The notes under the pieces are model-generated. The model was not told where the DNA came from. It saw only the letters and a list, made by a program, of their open reading frames with translations, and searched no databases. From Ruditapes philippinarum (Eukaryota), in NCBI RefSeq assembly GCF_026571515.1, contig NW_026866638.1, positions 1-64,000 on the forward strand: a stretch of 64,000 nt of DNA, in the 5' to 3' direction. Positions 11,999 through 26,192 of this stretch are shown here, piece by piece. The first letter of the stretch is position 1, and each line of letters begins with the position of its first letter. The translations under genes were made by a program, and so were the position numbers.

Positions 11999-13758
11999 AT
12001 GGAGAAGGTTGAGATTGAATATATAAGACTGAATATTGGAGGCACAATATTCAAATGTTACAGGAAAACTTTAAGTACATTTCAAGAATCAAAGCTGCAT
12101 AACCTTGATAAAGACAAAGATGATTTTGATAGTGAACACAATGAATTTTATTTTGACCGAAATCCTTTGTTGTTTGCCTATATTATTGATGCCTGTCGTA
12201 AAGGAGCTATTCATCTACCAAAAGACATTTGCGGGACTACTTTTAAACAGGAACTGGAATTTTGGAATATTCCACTAGACAAAGTTGCTCCTTGTTGTCT
12301 AGAAACTTTATATCGAAGCAAAGATGACATCGACACAATTGAAACGTTGATAACACACGAGGAACAGACGTCTGTAATTGAATTAAAACAAGAGCGAGAG
12401 AAAATAAGTTTTCAAACGAGACTTTGGTTGTTTCTGGATGATCCAAGTTCGTCAAAATTGGCGCAGGTATTATACGTTGCACTGTGTGATTTCTTTATAA
12501 CAGGTTAAACTAGCACTTTATGCCTGTCGTTTTTAACTTACCAATAAAATACAATCTTTTTATTTTTTGTTGTGTGATATACTATAGGTTCAGACAAAAA
12601 ACGCAAACAGCGAGTTTGTATTTTAAAATTTTTAATCAATGTGCTTGTTGTATGCCATGCTGATAATAAATGCGGTGATAATGATCTTTTCATGATACAT
12701 GCACCAATACAATAGATTTTTGTATTGAAACTTAAGTTAGGCGGATGATCGAGTTACAGGTATTTTGTTATTAATGTCGGTTTATAGAGGCATTTATTTT
12801 TCTTTCTCATTTTGCAAGTATTTACTAAACTTTTAACTATTAATTAGCAACAAAAATGTTTATCCCTTGTTTTACATTTTCAGTAGAATAAATAGTGTTA
12901 CTATCTTTTAAACAGGTATGGAATACAGTTATGTCTCTACTTGTTGTTGTATCTACATTCATAGATGTGCTATCAACAGTATCAGCGTTTCAACAAAATT
13001 TCACAGAGGCTGAAATCAGGTCTTTAGAGAAAGTTTCAGGTCTACTAAGTCAGGGTAACAAAACAATGGAGAAGCTTGTAACAATGAAACCAAAAGATTA
13101 TCTCTTCTACATCATTGTTGCATGTCATGTAGTTTTAACGTTAGAGTTTTTGCTGTGTTTCATAGCATGTAAAAATAAAAGGTCTTACATGCTTTGTTTC
13201 ATACGTATGAGCACCTTAGTTGGGTATACTTCATTCTGGATTATGTATGCTCTCTATATTAACCTCGCATACATTGAATCGTGGATCGTTATTACAGTTT
13301 ACTTATTCCTCTCTTATTTACAAATCGCAAAAATCGCAAGATTGTTTTATTTTACCAAACGTATACCAGCATTTGCAATTATGGGGTTAACCTTTAGGTC
13401 GTCTATTCATGAATTTAAGATTCTGGCGTTCTTATTGGGTATTCTAGTTACTATTTTCGGCTACTTCTTCTATGCAGCCGAGGTCTTTTATAATCCTAAA
13501 ATGTCTAGCATACTTGAAGGAATTTATTGGGCTTTGATTACTGTGACGACCGTGGGATACGGTGACTACGTTCCGAAAACTGCTTTCGGTCACGTGATTG
13601 CCTCTGCCTGCGCAGTGGTTGGTATACTGGTTCTTGCACTGCCCGTTGGTATAATAGCTTCCAATTTCTACAAATTCTACAACTATCATGGGTACTCTAA
13701 GAAGCACATAGAAGCTATGAGGGAAAACCATTCCGACAAAAATTTAACACGACTGTAA
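11999..13758 (+). CDS. Shaw/Kv3-like potassium channel, paralogue 1; join(11999..12466,12916..13758), 436 aa
   Basis: Exon 1 is the T1/BTB domain (LNIGG, FYFDRNP, HLPKDIC-X20-CC, LWLFLDDPSSS). Phase-0 GT-AG intron (gcgcag/gtatta ... aaacag/gtatgg). Exon 2 is S1-S6 with YWALITVTTVGYGD and LALPVG. Confidence 0.93.
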
Positions 13759-16700
13759 TCAATAACTTATCCTAGTAGCTAAACTTGTGTTTGATTACTT
13801 TCGTCATAACAGTTTTGCAGAACCATTCCAACGCTACACATATTGATTACGAAATAAAAACGCCATTTTCGGTCCAGTCTGAAAAGATTAATTCAAAATT
13901 TTGCAGCTATATTATTTTTCTTTTTTATTAAAAAACCATGGAAGTAACAACATATAGTTTTTAACTTATGCAGGAACTTGAGAACAAAATCAAGTGTAAA
14001 TAATCCCGAGAAAAATTGATAGTTAAATATAAATTTGTGACACTATACCGTCAGGTGTTAAGTCTGTGCCTCGGGCAGCTATGTTTTTCATCGATTTTGC
14101 CAGTAACGGTTTAGAAGTTGCAATTTAATGAAGATTACTAAATCAACAGATTTTGTGCATTGAGAAATTGTGCATTTTGATAGTACGTTATATAATTGTT
14201 AAATAAAATTTTGTATTGAATTAGTTTCATGTTCCTTTTCAAGTTCAGTGGTTTTCCCAAGGGAAAAAGTACTGTTTCTATTAGGACAATGATATATATT
14301 GATATTGTAAAAGTCTCATCAACAATAGCATCATGGGTGTCTCTAGCGAATTGGATATATATCTGCCTGGAGGCTAATTTTGTTGCCATTTCTCTTGATG
14401 TACTAAATTATTGAAACATACCTACAAATTTCTGCTATATAGTAACGCATTAAGTTGATCTTACCATTAGCAATTTAACCAAATGATAGTTGTCAATCTT
14501 TCGATTATTTTCTCTCATAGCTATGTGCACATTGATTTACATTTGGCATATATATTGATAATGGAAAAAAAAAACAATAATTATTATTGATTGTGAGTTT
14601 AAATTCACAGAAAACGGAAATAATATTAAGCAACAGAGTCGATCAATAACTACAAATAATATCACTTAAACCTGATGAAAATGGAAAACATATTTATATA
14701 TCTTTAGATATTCTTTATAGATCCAGGTAATAAGAAAAGATTTTAAATTGGGTTTGCCCTTTTTTTTCCAAATTTTTATTTTTTATAATTTTTATAATTG
14801 ATTTTTACAAAAAATTGAGTGGCGTGTATTTTTGTCATAAATTCAGAAATAATGAATTTAAAGTATATTGAAAAATAAAATGAAATTTGAATTCCAATTA
14901 TAAATTATAAAAATTTTTAAAGTTTCCAACAAGTTTATAAAAATTTTTATGACGTTTTAATTTTTTTGAAATAATAAAACATTGATTATTTAAAAATAAA
15001 CTTTAACTTAAAATATGAAATATTTTAAAAAACATTGATGATTTTAAATTATTCATTTATGTTCGTATTTTCATTGTAAACATTTTGTTTTCATATTTTC
15101 CGTATTTTCACTGGTGTCTTGGCGGACTACTTTCTTCTAAATTCTGCCAATACACAAAGTTAAAAAGGATTTTTTCAAATTATAATGTTTAAAAAGAGAA
15201 AAGGTATATAATGAACATGAAAGTTTTTTTTCGATTGCTGCGGGATTTATTTTCACCCTTTTGAAAATTATCATATTTCACACTTAGTCTAGTGAATTAT
15301 TTATTTTCATTCCACTCGATGAAAATGAATTTTGTATTTATAGAAAAAACTTGATAATTTGAATAACCTCTATATGTTCTGCTGTGAAATTGATCGGTCT
15401 TTATCACATTATTGATTATCAGTAAGGTTCCATTGAATGTAAAATATGTTATGAAATACATAATTAAAGTATATATCTTCATCCCTTGTCATATGTAAAC
15501 AAATAATGAAACTAATGTAATATATTGTTTTGTTTGCTTTTTGCAATGTAAGGTACCTGTGATTGACCTTTTTTGTTACTGTTGTAGTTTTATTTAATGT
15601 TTCACGTGATGACGTAAATAAAATAGTACATGCAGTATAATCGTGACTTTGTCCTGTTTTGTTCCTTTCTACAGCTACTATGTTCATTTAAATGCTTTAG
15701 TTTAGGACAATTCTAGACATGCAAACTATTTCGCGTGCTATAAAAGATCTTGGGTGTTGAATAATAGTGTACAGTATGTAATTCAGATGCGCATTAATAT
15801 ACATTAAATGACGATTGCAGTAAGCCTATGTATTAATCTGCGCTGCACTGTTAAGTAACAAAAATGCGTAATACACGGAGAAGGCAATGAGAACAGCGAC
15901 TGAAATGTTGTGAAATAAAACACGGTTATGGCCGTTTTTGTTGCTCCGCGCTATTTGTATTTACAATTTATCGTCAATTGACCCGATTTTTATCAATTAA
16001 TTCCTTCGATTAACAGTTGAAAATAAATTTGGAATAAAAAATTCCTTCCGATTTCTATTCATATATTGGTTTACCCTTCGGAGATTCGCAGTATGTCTTA
16101 TTTATGAATTAGAATGGGAACAAATTTTACGACTCCACCGCTGGGACGGCAGTATAAAAGACAAAACAAACAAATAAACTCAAATTCGGTAATTTATTTT
16201 TTACATTTGTATCTTCTACAGAAAATTATTAATTATTTTGAAGTACACAGTGGGTTATTATGTATTTAAATGATGTACATGAATTCGAAAGCCATGAATA
16301 AAATAATGACCTTAACATTGCAAAAGTCCGAAAATCTATTTAAAGAAGTAGGTTATATAATTAATGAAACTGTTATTCGTGTAAAAAACGAACTGGAAAA
16401 TTTTCCAGGAAATGAAATGCAAACATATTCAAACAATAAATTGCACTTAAAAAATAGATAGGCCATTTTTACGAATTGTTATATCATAGTATCACATCCA
16501 ATATTAACATTTGTCCCCTTTTGTTTTTGGTTTTCTTGGTTTCCTTGTATGTCCCTGGCTTTCATTTTTTTGGCCATTTTTAACCCGTCAGAAAAGAACG
16601 AACAGTTTTGTTCAACTTTTTAAAAGTCGTTTTTATGTTTACAGTTTAAACATTAATATAATATTAAAACCTAACTTGTTTTTGAAGTTTTTTGTTACCA

Positions 16701-19166
16701 AAATGGGACCCAATTTCCGAAAATTTGCTTTTTAAATGAAAAAAAACAACGTTTAAATTGGTAGTTTGATTTTAAATGTTTAAATTTTTTAATAATTTTA
16801 ATTTGAAAAACAAAATTTCGTCCCGTTAAGAGTTTTAAAATGGTTTATTTTGTAAGGAATTAAAAAACTGGTGGGTTTGTTGGGCAGAAGAGTTTTTTTA
16901 AGAAATTCAAAAAAAAAAGTTGATTTGACCCAAAATAAAAATCAATACGTTTTTGTCGGTACCAAAGAAATTACCGGACAAAAAACTTGGAAATCTTCAA
17001 TTTTAAAAAATTTAAATAATTATTCAAAAAAACCCCATTTATAGGAACTATGTAAAAATAATTTCTAAAACTATAGTTTGGTATTTATTAAATATTAAAA
17101 AAATTTTATATTTTTTTATAAAAAAGAAAAGTATCTTTAATTTTTTTTTGAATTTTAAATCTTCTGTCTTTAAATGGTTAGCAATAATTGAAAAAAGAAC
17201 CATGTTGGGACATCTTTCATTTCACATTACATTTAAAGCAAGGTTTGTAGATCTTTTTTATTAATTTTCCATTACCAATAAGCATCAAGTAAACATAATT
17301 TGGGCCCTCTTTCCCAAAAAGACATTTCAAAACCCCAAAAGTAAAGTTTCAAATTTAAATTTAAATTTTCAAACTCCGGAAAATTACAATAGTAATAATA
17401 ATGAAAAACCCTTCTAAAGTAAGGTAATTTTTGGTAGGTAATCTTTTAATTTTAAAAAAGCATTCTTGATTTTAATGCCTTTTCGCAAACATTTTTTTAT
17501 TTAATAAAACCCAGGTAAATTTTTGAATATAATATAAAACAGCAAATTTCTTTCTTTCTAGAACAATGGATTAAAGGATTTTTTAAAAACAAACTTTTTT
17601 TTTGAAATTTTTGGCCATTTATCCTATTTCTATTTTTAAAGTTTTGAAATCTTTGGTAAACCTAAGATCCTTGGTTGAAAAGCAAACATTTTAAAATACG
17701 AATTTATTCCACCTAACTTTAAAAAAGTCCAAACTTTACATGGCAAGCCCCCCAAAGCCCCGTTTAGCCTGGTATGGGGAAAGGGAACCAAAAACTTACA
17801 AGACTTAAGTCCTTTTGGTTTAATCATACCCAACCCCGGGCACTCGCTCCCGGGTGGAATAAAAAATTTAAATTTCAACCGGGGCTTTTCGGATATCACA
17901 AGGGATAGTTTTTTCGCTTCACAAAATTATTTTTCAAAAAAAACCTTAATTGGGAAACCCTACTTTTGCCGGCAAAAAAACCGGGATTTGGTAATTAGCC
18001 CTAAGCTTTCCCCCGGGAAGAGTATTAAATAGGCAGACCCCTTTAAATACAATGAAAATGAAGGGCAGGTTTCTAAGCCCCGGGAAGGGTCAATTTTTTT
18101 CTTTCTTTTTTTGTATTTACAATTTAGTATCCCATGTTCCCTTTGTAAGGGATAAGGTTTTAAAAATAATTTTTTTTATATTATTTGGAACAATAGATAA
18201 TATTAAATAAAAGTTATGTATTTTAAAGGGTTTAAACAAAAAACGGGTTTTCATTTTTTTATCGTCCCTCTTTTTTATAGGGGCTTTGAAACCGGCCTCT
18301 TTGGGTATAAGAAGGGGGAAGGCCCCTAAGTAGAAAAAAAGGGTCTCGGAAAGAATGGAATGGGTGGGGTGGGAACTATAAGTTTCCTAATTTTGGGGAA
18401 CCATAATTTTCATGGGAAAGTCCCCAATGGTAAATAATGTTCTTCCGGGTAAATTTTGGGGAACACTTTAAATTTTAAATGTAGAAGATTTTTTAAATCC
18501 ATTTCGAAATAAAGTGCTATAAATTAGCGATTCAAGTGAAAAGTTGTACAGTAAATTTGTTTATTTGCTAAAAGGGGTTTTTTAATTTAAAAAAAAATGA
18601 AAATTTTTGGTTTCAATTCTTTATTTTGATTCAAAATTTTTAAATCGTTAAATACTATCTAAAGTAGATAAATGATAACACATCGCCCAGTTCTACGTGG
18701 TCATACACTCCGAGCCAAACAAAGTTTGAAAAAGATTTAAAATAAAAATAAACAAATAAAATATTTGTAAAACCAAATGTTTATTATTCAGCGCTATATA
18801 CAACTAGCACATGTTTGCTCTTCTTCAGTAAGACCCAGTTAATCGGGCACGTTATTTTGAATACCAAAATGACAAACATACTTATATTGTCATGTGATCA
18901 ACTGATCATATCCGTGGTTGTATCAAAATTGTCAATTATTCTAAATTCTAAATGTGTTTAAATCACTGCAACCGAATGCCTCTGGTTGAATGTTGTTATC
19001 AGAATAGAACAGAACAGGTACTTTATTTTTGACTTGCACAATTATACATGTTATTACAGGTTCAATCAAACAAAAAATTTAGCTGTGTTATACATTATTC
19101 AGGTAGAACGTGTCTCACTGTTATTTAAGAGTTATGATTTTATACAAATCATATATTATCAATAAT

Positions 19167-21151
19167 CTATGATTTACCATGTGGACAAATAGTAACCTTG
19201 CCGAAAAGATTAACATGTTTCCGGGCGTACTTTTGATAGTGATAAAATGTGTGAAACGACGACGCAATTATACCTATTGGTAGAGCAAGAGAAACAACTC
19301 CACAAACAGCACATGTTGCTGCGATCACATGACCAAAATCAGAGTTTGGGATATAATGGCCATACCCGACAGTGGTCAACGTAATCAATGCCCAGTACAT
19401 TGCGGTGAACATATTATTGAATTGAGAATTTTGAGTAAATTCGACAACGTACATTACAGTGCCGAAAATACAAACTAACAAACATAGCATAAAGAGTAGA
19501 ACTTTGAATTCGGGAATTGAAGATCGGAATGTCAAGCCCATGATATTGAAAGCTGGGACACACTTTGACAAGTAAAACAGACGTGCTAACATCAATATAA
19601 CCAAGTGTTTGATCACAATATACGATATCATTTTTACAACAGTATCTAGTTTGGATAGATTCAATTCCATTATAAAGGAAATCCAAAATGCCATATAGCC
19701 AATTGCGACAGAAAGGCGCGTGAAACACTTGCTGAATGACTTTTTTTCCGGGCAGACGACAAAAGTTACCAATAACTCGAAAGTGAGTATGAAGTGAATT
19801 ATAAAATCTGTGTAAACAAAAATTGGACTTCGTTTTGCAATCTTGTCGAAAGTTGCGTTGCTCAATTTGAAGACACTAGACATGCTCTTGATTACCTCCA
19901 TTTCTGATTCCGTAAATTCAGCACAAAATTGTTTCAAAGTAGACATTGCCATGGATATAGTTGATAACACTATTAGAAGTGAAACAAATACTCCCCATAC
20001 CTGCAAAAATTAAAAAAAAAAGCATAAAGTATGTGTACAGACAAGTGATTTCAAAAGTTTATTATTTCAGAAATTCACGACTTATTATTTCTAAATTAAC
20101 CAAGCCTTTTTTAAGTGAGCGCTTTATATGTAAGTGATACATAAAATCTTTGCAAGGTAGTGTCTTTGCTTGAAGAAAATGGTAAAATGTACAGACATGT
20201 CATTAATATGGATCATGTAAAAAAAATAAACTTCTAATAGAATAGCATGTATTTTCCACCTAAAATATTTTCTGATTTCTGCTTTTATATAGTGTACATT
20301 AAGATTATTATGTGTAAATTATCTCGGTGTAAGCAAGCTTTTGTCATGTATAAAATTCAAAAAATATGTTAAACCTAGATTTAGGTCCTCTCGTCCGTCC
20401 TAGAATAAAAAAAGGCGTTTACTAAAATGTACACGAAAGGTTTAATGATTTGAATGTAAACATTTTCCATTCTTGTAGAATAAAAATACAGTTGAAGATG
20501 ACTTCCGAATAAAGATCACATTGTAAATAAATGCAACTCTACAACTACCCTTAATCGATCAAACAAAACATTGTTACCTCCAAATAATGACCACTTATCT
20601 ATAAGGGACATGTTTAGTCACTCCTTTGTTCACAGGTTTGACTATACATTATAAGTCAAATAGTAGTAACTTACATAAGCATATTTGGATGAATCTGGTT
20701 CGTCAAGAAAAAGCCATATCCTCTGCTTTAAGTCCACGTCCGGTTTAAGTAGAAGGCATGTATTCGTGTTTTGTTTGATATTTTGAATCAACTTCTGCAT
20801 TGTTGATACGTCTTCCTCTGATTTATGTAAGGCTTCCCAACAACACGGAGCAACAAAACGCGGAGAAATCTTCCAAAATTCAAGCTCTTCTCTGAATGTT
20901 GTTCCACACATATCTTTAGGTAAATGTATCGACCCTTTTCTTGATGCGTTAAGAATATGGTAAAACGTTAATGGGTCTCTGTCGAAGAAATACTCATTTG
21001 TGTCTGCCACATAATGGTCGGCATTTTCGTCAAGATGTGCAAGAACAGAATCTGGAAATGTTTTAAGTGTTCCAGCATAACATTGGAAAATAGTCCCTCC
21101 TACATTCAATTTGATTATTCCTTTAGAATTAAAACTGACAGCCTGCTCCAT
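19167..21151 (-). CDS. Shaw/Kv3-like potassium channel, paralogue 2; complement(join(19167..20000,20675..21151)), 436 aa
   Basis: T1 with HLPKDMC-X20-CCW. Same phase-0 intron (gcttat/gtaagt ... ttgcag/gtatgg). Pore YWALITLTTVGYGH and S6 LALPIG. Confidence 0.93.
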
Positions 21152-22699
21152 GTTACCGTGTTGTGTCAACCTGTGCAAATTGCATGAAAATAAGTTACGT
21201 ATTTATATAGCTATTAGTATTCCACCGAATTAATTTTTTTAATGAAAACTTCACAATGATAGCAACAAATCTTGTTAAATTTATACTTTCTAACAATACG
21301 TAATGAATTGTATGTTCTGAAACTGAAAAGAAGAAATGTTACCTAGACTTGTGATGTGAAACAATCACGTGAAATTATTTTAAATGTCATTACATATTGC
21401 ATTTCTATATGTATCAGATTGTAAATCCCGAGGGCATTGAGACACATTCATTGCATTTGAGTGTTGGTTTTCTTTCCTTCTGTCACTTGAATAATATAAA
21501 TATATATGAGTGTGAAATGAATTTTGCCTGATAAAATAAATTAAATATTCAACGCTTATCAATCAAACCTGAAGTGATATCACAGAAATATCCGGAGGAT
21601 GATTCAATACAAACGTGCTAAAACGTATCATTGTATCCAAGTTTTGTACTTTGAACGAAATCATTCTTTACAGTCAGTGCGCGCGTGCGTTTGCGTGATT
21701 AATCTTGTGTGGTTTTTTGTTTTTTTATGTTGTTGTTGATTTGTTTTCTAAAATGGAAATAAAACATGTAACTTCAGTATATATGTTTATACCACAGACA
21801 TCCTAAACGAGCATATCATTTACGCCGCAAAATGATAATTATAAAAAATAGACACTTACTTTCTATTCCTCGTCAAATGTGATCTTACAGTACTATAACG
21901 AAAAACACAACAGCTTTTATTAGATTGAAGCACTTATTTGTTCTATGTTACGTTTCCTTGTGTAAAAAATGTTAAGGATGAAAAACCAATAACTATTTTC
22001 AAACGTATGACATTATTGGTAACTAAGTTAATTCAAATAAATAAGATTAACGCTTCTGTTTAACTTGCACTCTCAGTTCAACGTAATATTCATGTTCTCT
22101 CTTGATTATATCAATTAATTCAGTTAGTTTTACCAGTCTCGCAGGAAATTTATATTATATCAAAGCATATTTGAAATAAAATAATTGCCTTTTATAAAAG
22201 ACCATTCGTTGCCTTGTGCGTACCAAAAAATGTCCACTTTGTTTAATGAATGTTCATGGTGGTCTAAAGTAATGTTAATATTTTACAGATAAGAATTAGT
22301 AAATCGATTTTTAGGTTCATGTAATATAATCTACTTCAGATAATTAGTTTCGAAATTCCACAATTACCTAGAGAATTTAAGGTGACTCATGACTCAAAGA
22401 TGCGTTTGGCTCAGATCTACTTTATTGTAGTTATCTGACAAAGTAGTTAAAAGAAACAGATCATTCTTAATATATACATATCAAATATTAAGCGATACAA
22501 GTTTTGAAGCTTTAGAAATACACCTCGTTAAGCTTTGTTTTATTGGAAAATTCAGACTGCATTTGTTGTATTTATTCATTGATATTAATCTTTTGGGACT
22601 TCATTGTGTAAGAGTTTGTGTGAATTTTAGTACAGTTAACTAGTCAACGGTTACCCTCCTAAATTCTGTACAGAAGGAATGCAATTGATTTAAACATAC

Positions 22700-22880
22700 A
22701 TGTATTTATTTAAGCTCGATTGCGAAACAAGTTCTTGCAACTTATATTAATCACGTTTGAGTCCGCTTCCTGCCAGTACTGGTGTCATATGAAGAAACAT
22801 GGTCGTGACCCGAGTAGGGCTCGAACATATGATCTCTGGGTTGCGAGGCAGACACCTTAACCACTAGGCCACCGCTCCTC
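22700..22880 (-). mobile_element. tRNA-derived SINE
   Basis: The minus strand has A box TGGCCTAGTGG and B box GTTCGAGCC, then a non-tRNA body (tatgacaccagtactgg..caggaagcggactc). A 3' fragment of the same family lies at about 30695-30758. Confidence 0.75.
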
Positions 22881-23738
22881 TTGTAGGGAAGGACTGCAAT
22901 TGTTGTGTTGATGTAATTCAAGGTAATTCAATTAACGATTTCCATAATAAATATTGAGGAATCAGTGTGTTTGATTCTGGTATGGTAACTCAGTCAACAC
23001 TTGTCATAAATATGGGAGGCTACCATTTAGTACCACTACAGTAACATCCAAATGTAGACATAAGGCATTTGCTATAAATACTGGTGCAAAATATTTTAAG
23101 GGGGATTCAGGTTTTAACTTTCGGCACATAGTAATGGAAATATTTAGTGACTTGTAAACCGTGTGTGAGAAAGAAAAACACAGTAGATTTAAGAATATAT
23201 TGTAAATACGAAATCAGCGTTACAATAACTACACCGACTTAGTTACTATAGCCAAGATTCCCTCTAATAATTATGAGGAGCAAGTGGTTTGAAGCCGGCA
23301 ACTTAATCAACTCTGCCACGTACGTAGACCACCCACAATGTAATTTGTATGAACTCCCCTCAAGTGCAAGTTATTTGAAACGGATGTCCACTGCGATATA
23401 ATATGTTGCCCCTGTGAAGTCTATTCGGTTCAGATTTGTACATCTTCAATTTCATTTAAGTTACAATGAAATATTTTAGCTTTTAACATAGTCTTTACAG
23501 GCATGCACATGAACAGGCATGTTTCCCCTTTATTTAAACACATGCTTAATCCAAAAATACTTTTTTTTATAATTATTTCTAATTGTAATGATTTACAATA
23601 AAACAATTGTTTGTTACTATACAATTAACAACAACGCAACATGTAATGTATTTGCAAGACACGTAAAGGTAAAATATTGTATTTATAAGCTTTTTCTGTT
23701 AGTCTAAAATTCAAAAATACGACATAGGTGCCCTCTTG

Positions 23739-25863
23739 TTAAATAGTTTTCATTGGTTTCAAACCTACTTCTTCAAGCAGACTGTTGGATTCCGATGGAA
23801 CAGTTTTGAATTCCTTTAATTGTGCAGGCAATAGTTCTTTATATCGTGAATGCATCTTTATGTACTTATAAAAGTTATAGTACTTGTAAAATTTCGATAC
23901 GATTATTCCAACAGGCAAGGCGATAACAAGCACTCCACACACTGCGCATGCTCCAGCAACCACATGACCAACAACTGTACTTGGAACATAATTACCATAG
24001 CCAACCGTCGTCAATGTAATCAACGCCCAGTAGATGGCAGTAAATATGTTGTCTATATTAGAATCATGCAACAGTTCAGCGGCAAATAGAGTATAGCCAA
24101 ACACGCAAACGAGAATTCCAAGGAGGAAAACTAAAATTGTCAGCTCTTGTTTAGACGAAGCAAATGTTAAACATATTAGTCGGAAAGCAGGTACTCTTTT
24201 TGTGAGATAGAATAGTCGAGCAATTTTGAAAATGGATAGGTAGCCAAACATCAGCTGTATCATTAACACATTGACAGATCCAATATATTTTACATTAAAA
24301 TAAATTGTAAAAGAAATCCAATAAGACATATATCCAAAGCAGCTCACAAGTCGCATAAAGCAAACAAATGCCCTTTTGTTTCGGCAGACGACAAAGCTCA
24401 GCACAAGTTCGACTGTCAAGATAGTATGGAATATTGCATTTGTGTATAAAAGAAATGTAAGTGGTTTAATAGATGCTAGTTTCTCTATTGTTGAGTTTTT
24501 GAAGTTCAATGCGTCTGCAAACTTTGTCAGAAGTTTCATCTGTTTCTCCGAGAAATTTTCTTGAAACATTTTCACTGTTGACAGGCAATCTGCAAACAAG
24601 GCTGCCAGTATGATAACAGATATGAATATACTCCAAACCTGAAATAATTGATGTTTACTGTAGAACAAACGTCAATAAAAACGTTATGTATATAGAGGAT
24701 ATTGAATGAGTGTAGTTTAATACTAAATTTATTGAACGAGTTGAATAAAATTATATTATGCGAGCCTCTGGCGAGCATAATATTGTTGTATTCAACGAGT
24801 TCAATAAATTTAGTATTGAATCTACACGAATATAATATTCTACTTATCACATATATTAGATAAGGACAATAAAATGTTAAAATGAGTAATTTTTCAATGA
24901 CGCGCTTATACAGTAGTGTAACGCTAACATGCTATGTTTCTATATAGCGCAAATGACGTCACGCCAAAGTGTTATTACACTAGTGTAATATCGTTTTTAT
25001 TAAATGGCTTTATTACACTCCTGCGCCGCGGTTTATGTGATAAAATTGTTTATTTTGGATGCTGACTAGCAAAAAAAACAAGAATAAAAATCAACAAAGC
25101 AAAGGCAACGTTCACAGGACGCGGCCCCCGACACACCCAAGCATGGCACGCAGAAGGCACCAAACAAAAACCCGGAGCGGACACAAGGGTGAAGCCCGTT
25201 TCAATTAATTCATTCTTATTTATGTATGGAAATCTTTTGAAACATTTAAATATCGTGATACTGGTATTCTTTACAAAACCAAAAGCAGGTTACTTATTTT
25301 GATGAATTAACTGTTAGTATAAATCAATAATTTTGGTTGACAAAGTGTAACATTTGAAGCATGTTTTCACACCAGATCGTGCATTTCCTTACCAAAGCAG
25401 ATCTAGAAGATTTCGGCTCTTCTAAAAACAACCACACTTTTGTTCTGAAGTCTCTTTTGTCTTGAGCTCTCAAGGTTGAGATTGGTGATTGCTTAAAACG
25501 TTTATTTAGTAAGTCCACTGTTTCAATGACATCTTCACTTCCATAAAGCGCCTCCCAGCAACACGGAGCAACATGGTGCGGAGGAATTTCCCAAAAATCC
25601 AGTTCTTCTTTGAAAGAAGTTCCGCAAATATCCTTTGGCAAATGAACAGCCTTTTTCCGGAATGAATCGACAATGAAAGAGAATAAGATTGGATTTCTGT
25701 CAAAAAAGTATTCGTTTTCTTCAGAATCAAATGAATCCTGTTCTTTGTCAAGATTTGCAAGTTTTGATTCCGGAAATGTTGAAAGCGTTCTCTCATAGCA
25801 CTTAAATGTATTACCCCCAATATTAAATCGAACGATTTTCTTATTATTTATAAATTGTTCCAT
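23739..25863 (-). CDS. Shaw/Kv3-like potassium channel, paralogue 3; complement(join(23739..24638,25393..25863)), 456 aa
   Basis: T1 with HLPKDIC-X20-CCW. Phase-0 intron (gctttg/gtaagg ... tttcag/gtttgg). Pore YWALITLTTVGYGN and S6 IALPVG. Confidence 0.93.
24690..25044 (+). mobile_element. Hairpin-forming non-autonomous element in the intron of Kv paralogue 3
   Basis: Palindrome of about 150 bp (aatactaaatttattgaac ... gttcaataaatttagtatt) followed by a second inverted pair ttatcacata / tatgtgataa. Confidence 0.7.
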
Positions 25864-26192
25864 TTTGTTCCAAATACCGTTCTTCTACAATATATGGTTT
25901 AGCAACTGAAACAGGCAAATATATAATGTTTTGTCTTATTATGTTCATAGTTCACACTTAATTCCCCAAAGAATATAGCTTTATTATGACTATATTCTGT
26001 GACAGTTGCTCTTATGCATCATGAATGATAAGAGCATACATAATTCAAACGATTTCAATATTTATTTCTGCTGGGAAATACAACAGAAGTGATTCCAAGT
26101 AAAATATATTATTTATATAACTGTAAACAATTTCAGCCACCTCGACAGATAATCAATATCCGTCTGGTATTTTTTTAAATATTGTCATAAAA

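Noticed and set aside
11900-12508. Stand-alone BTB/KCTD genes (also ORFs 20642, 25324, 32042, 39440) next to separate T1-less channels
   Set aside because: Each pair is joined by a canonical phase-0 intron at the same position, giving normal T1-6TM channels.
13444-13731. Antisense or alternate-frame ORFs over channel exons (also 12243, 19414, 23850, 24376, 25506, 32106, 32191)
   Set aside because: They are short shadows of real coding exons with no recognisable domain.
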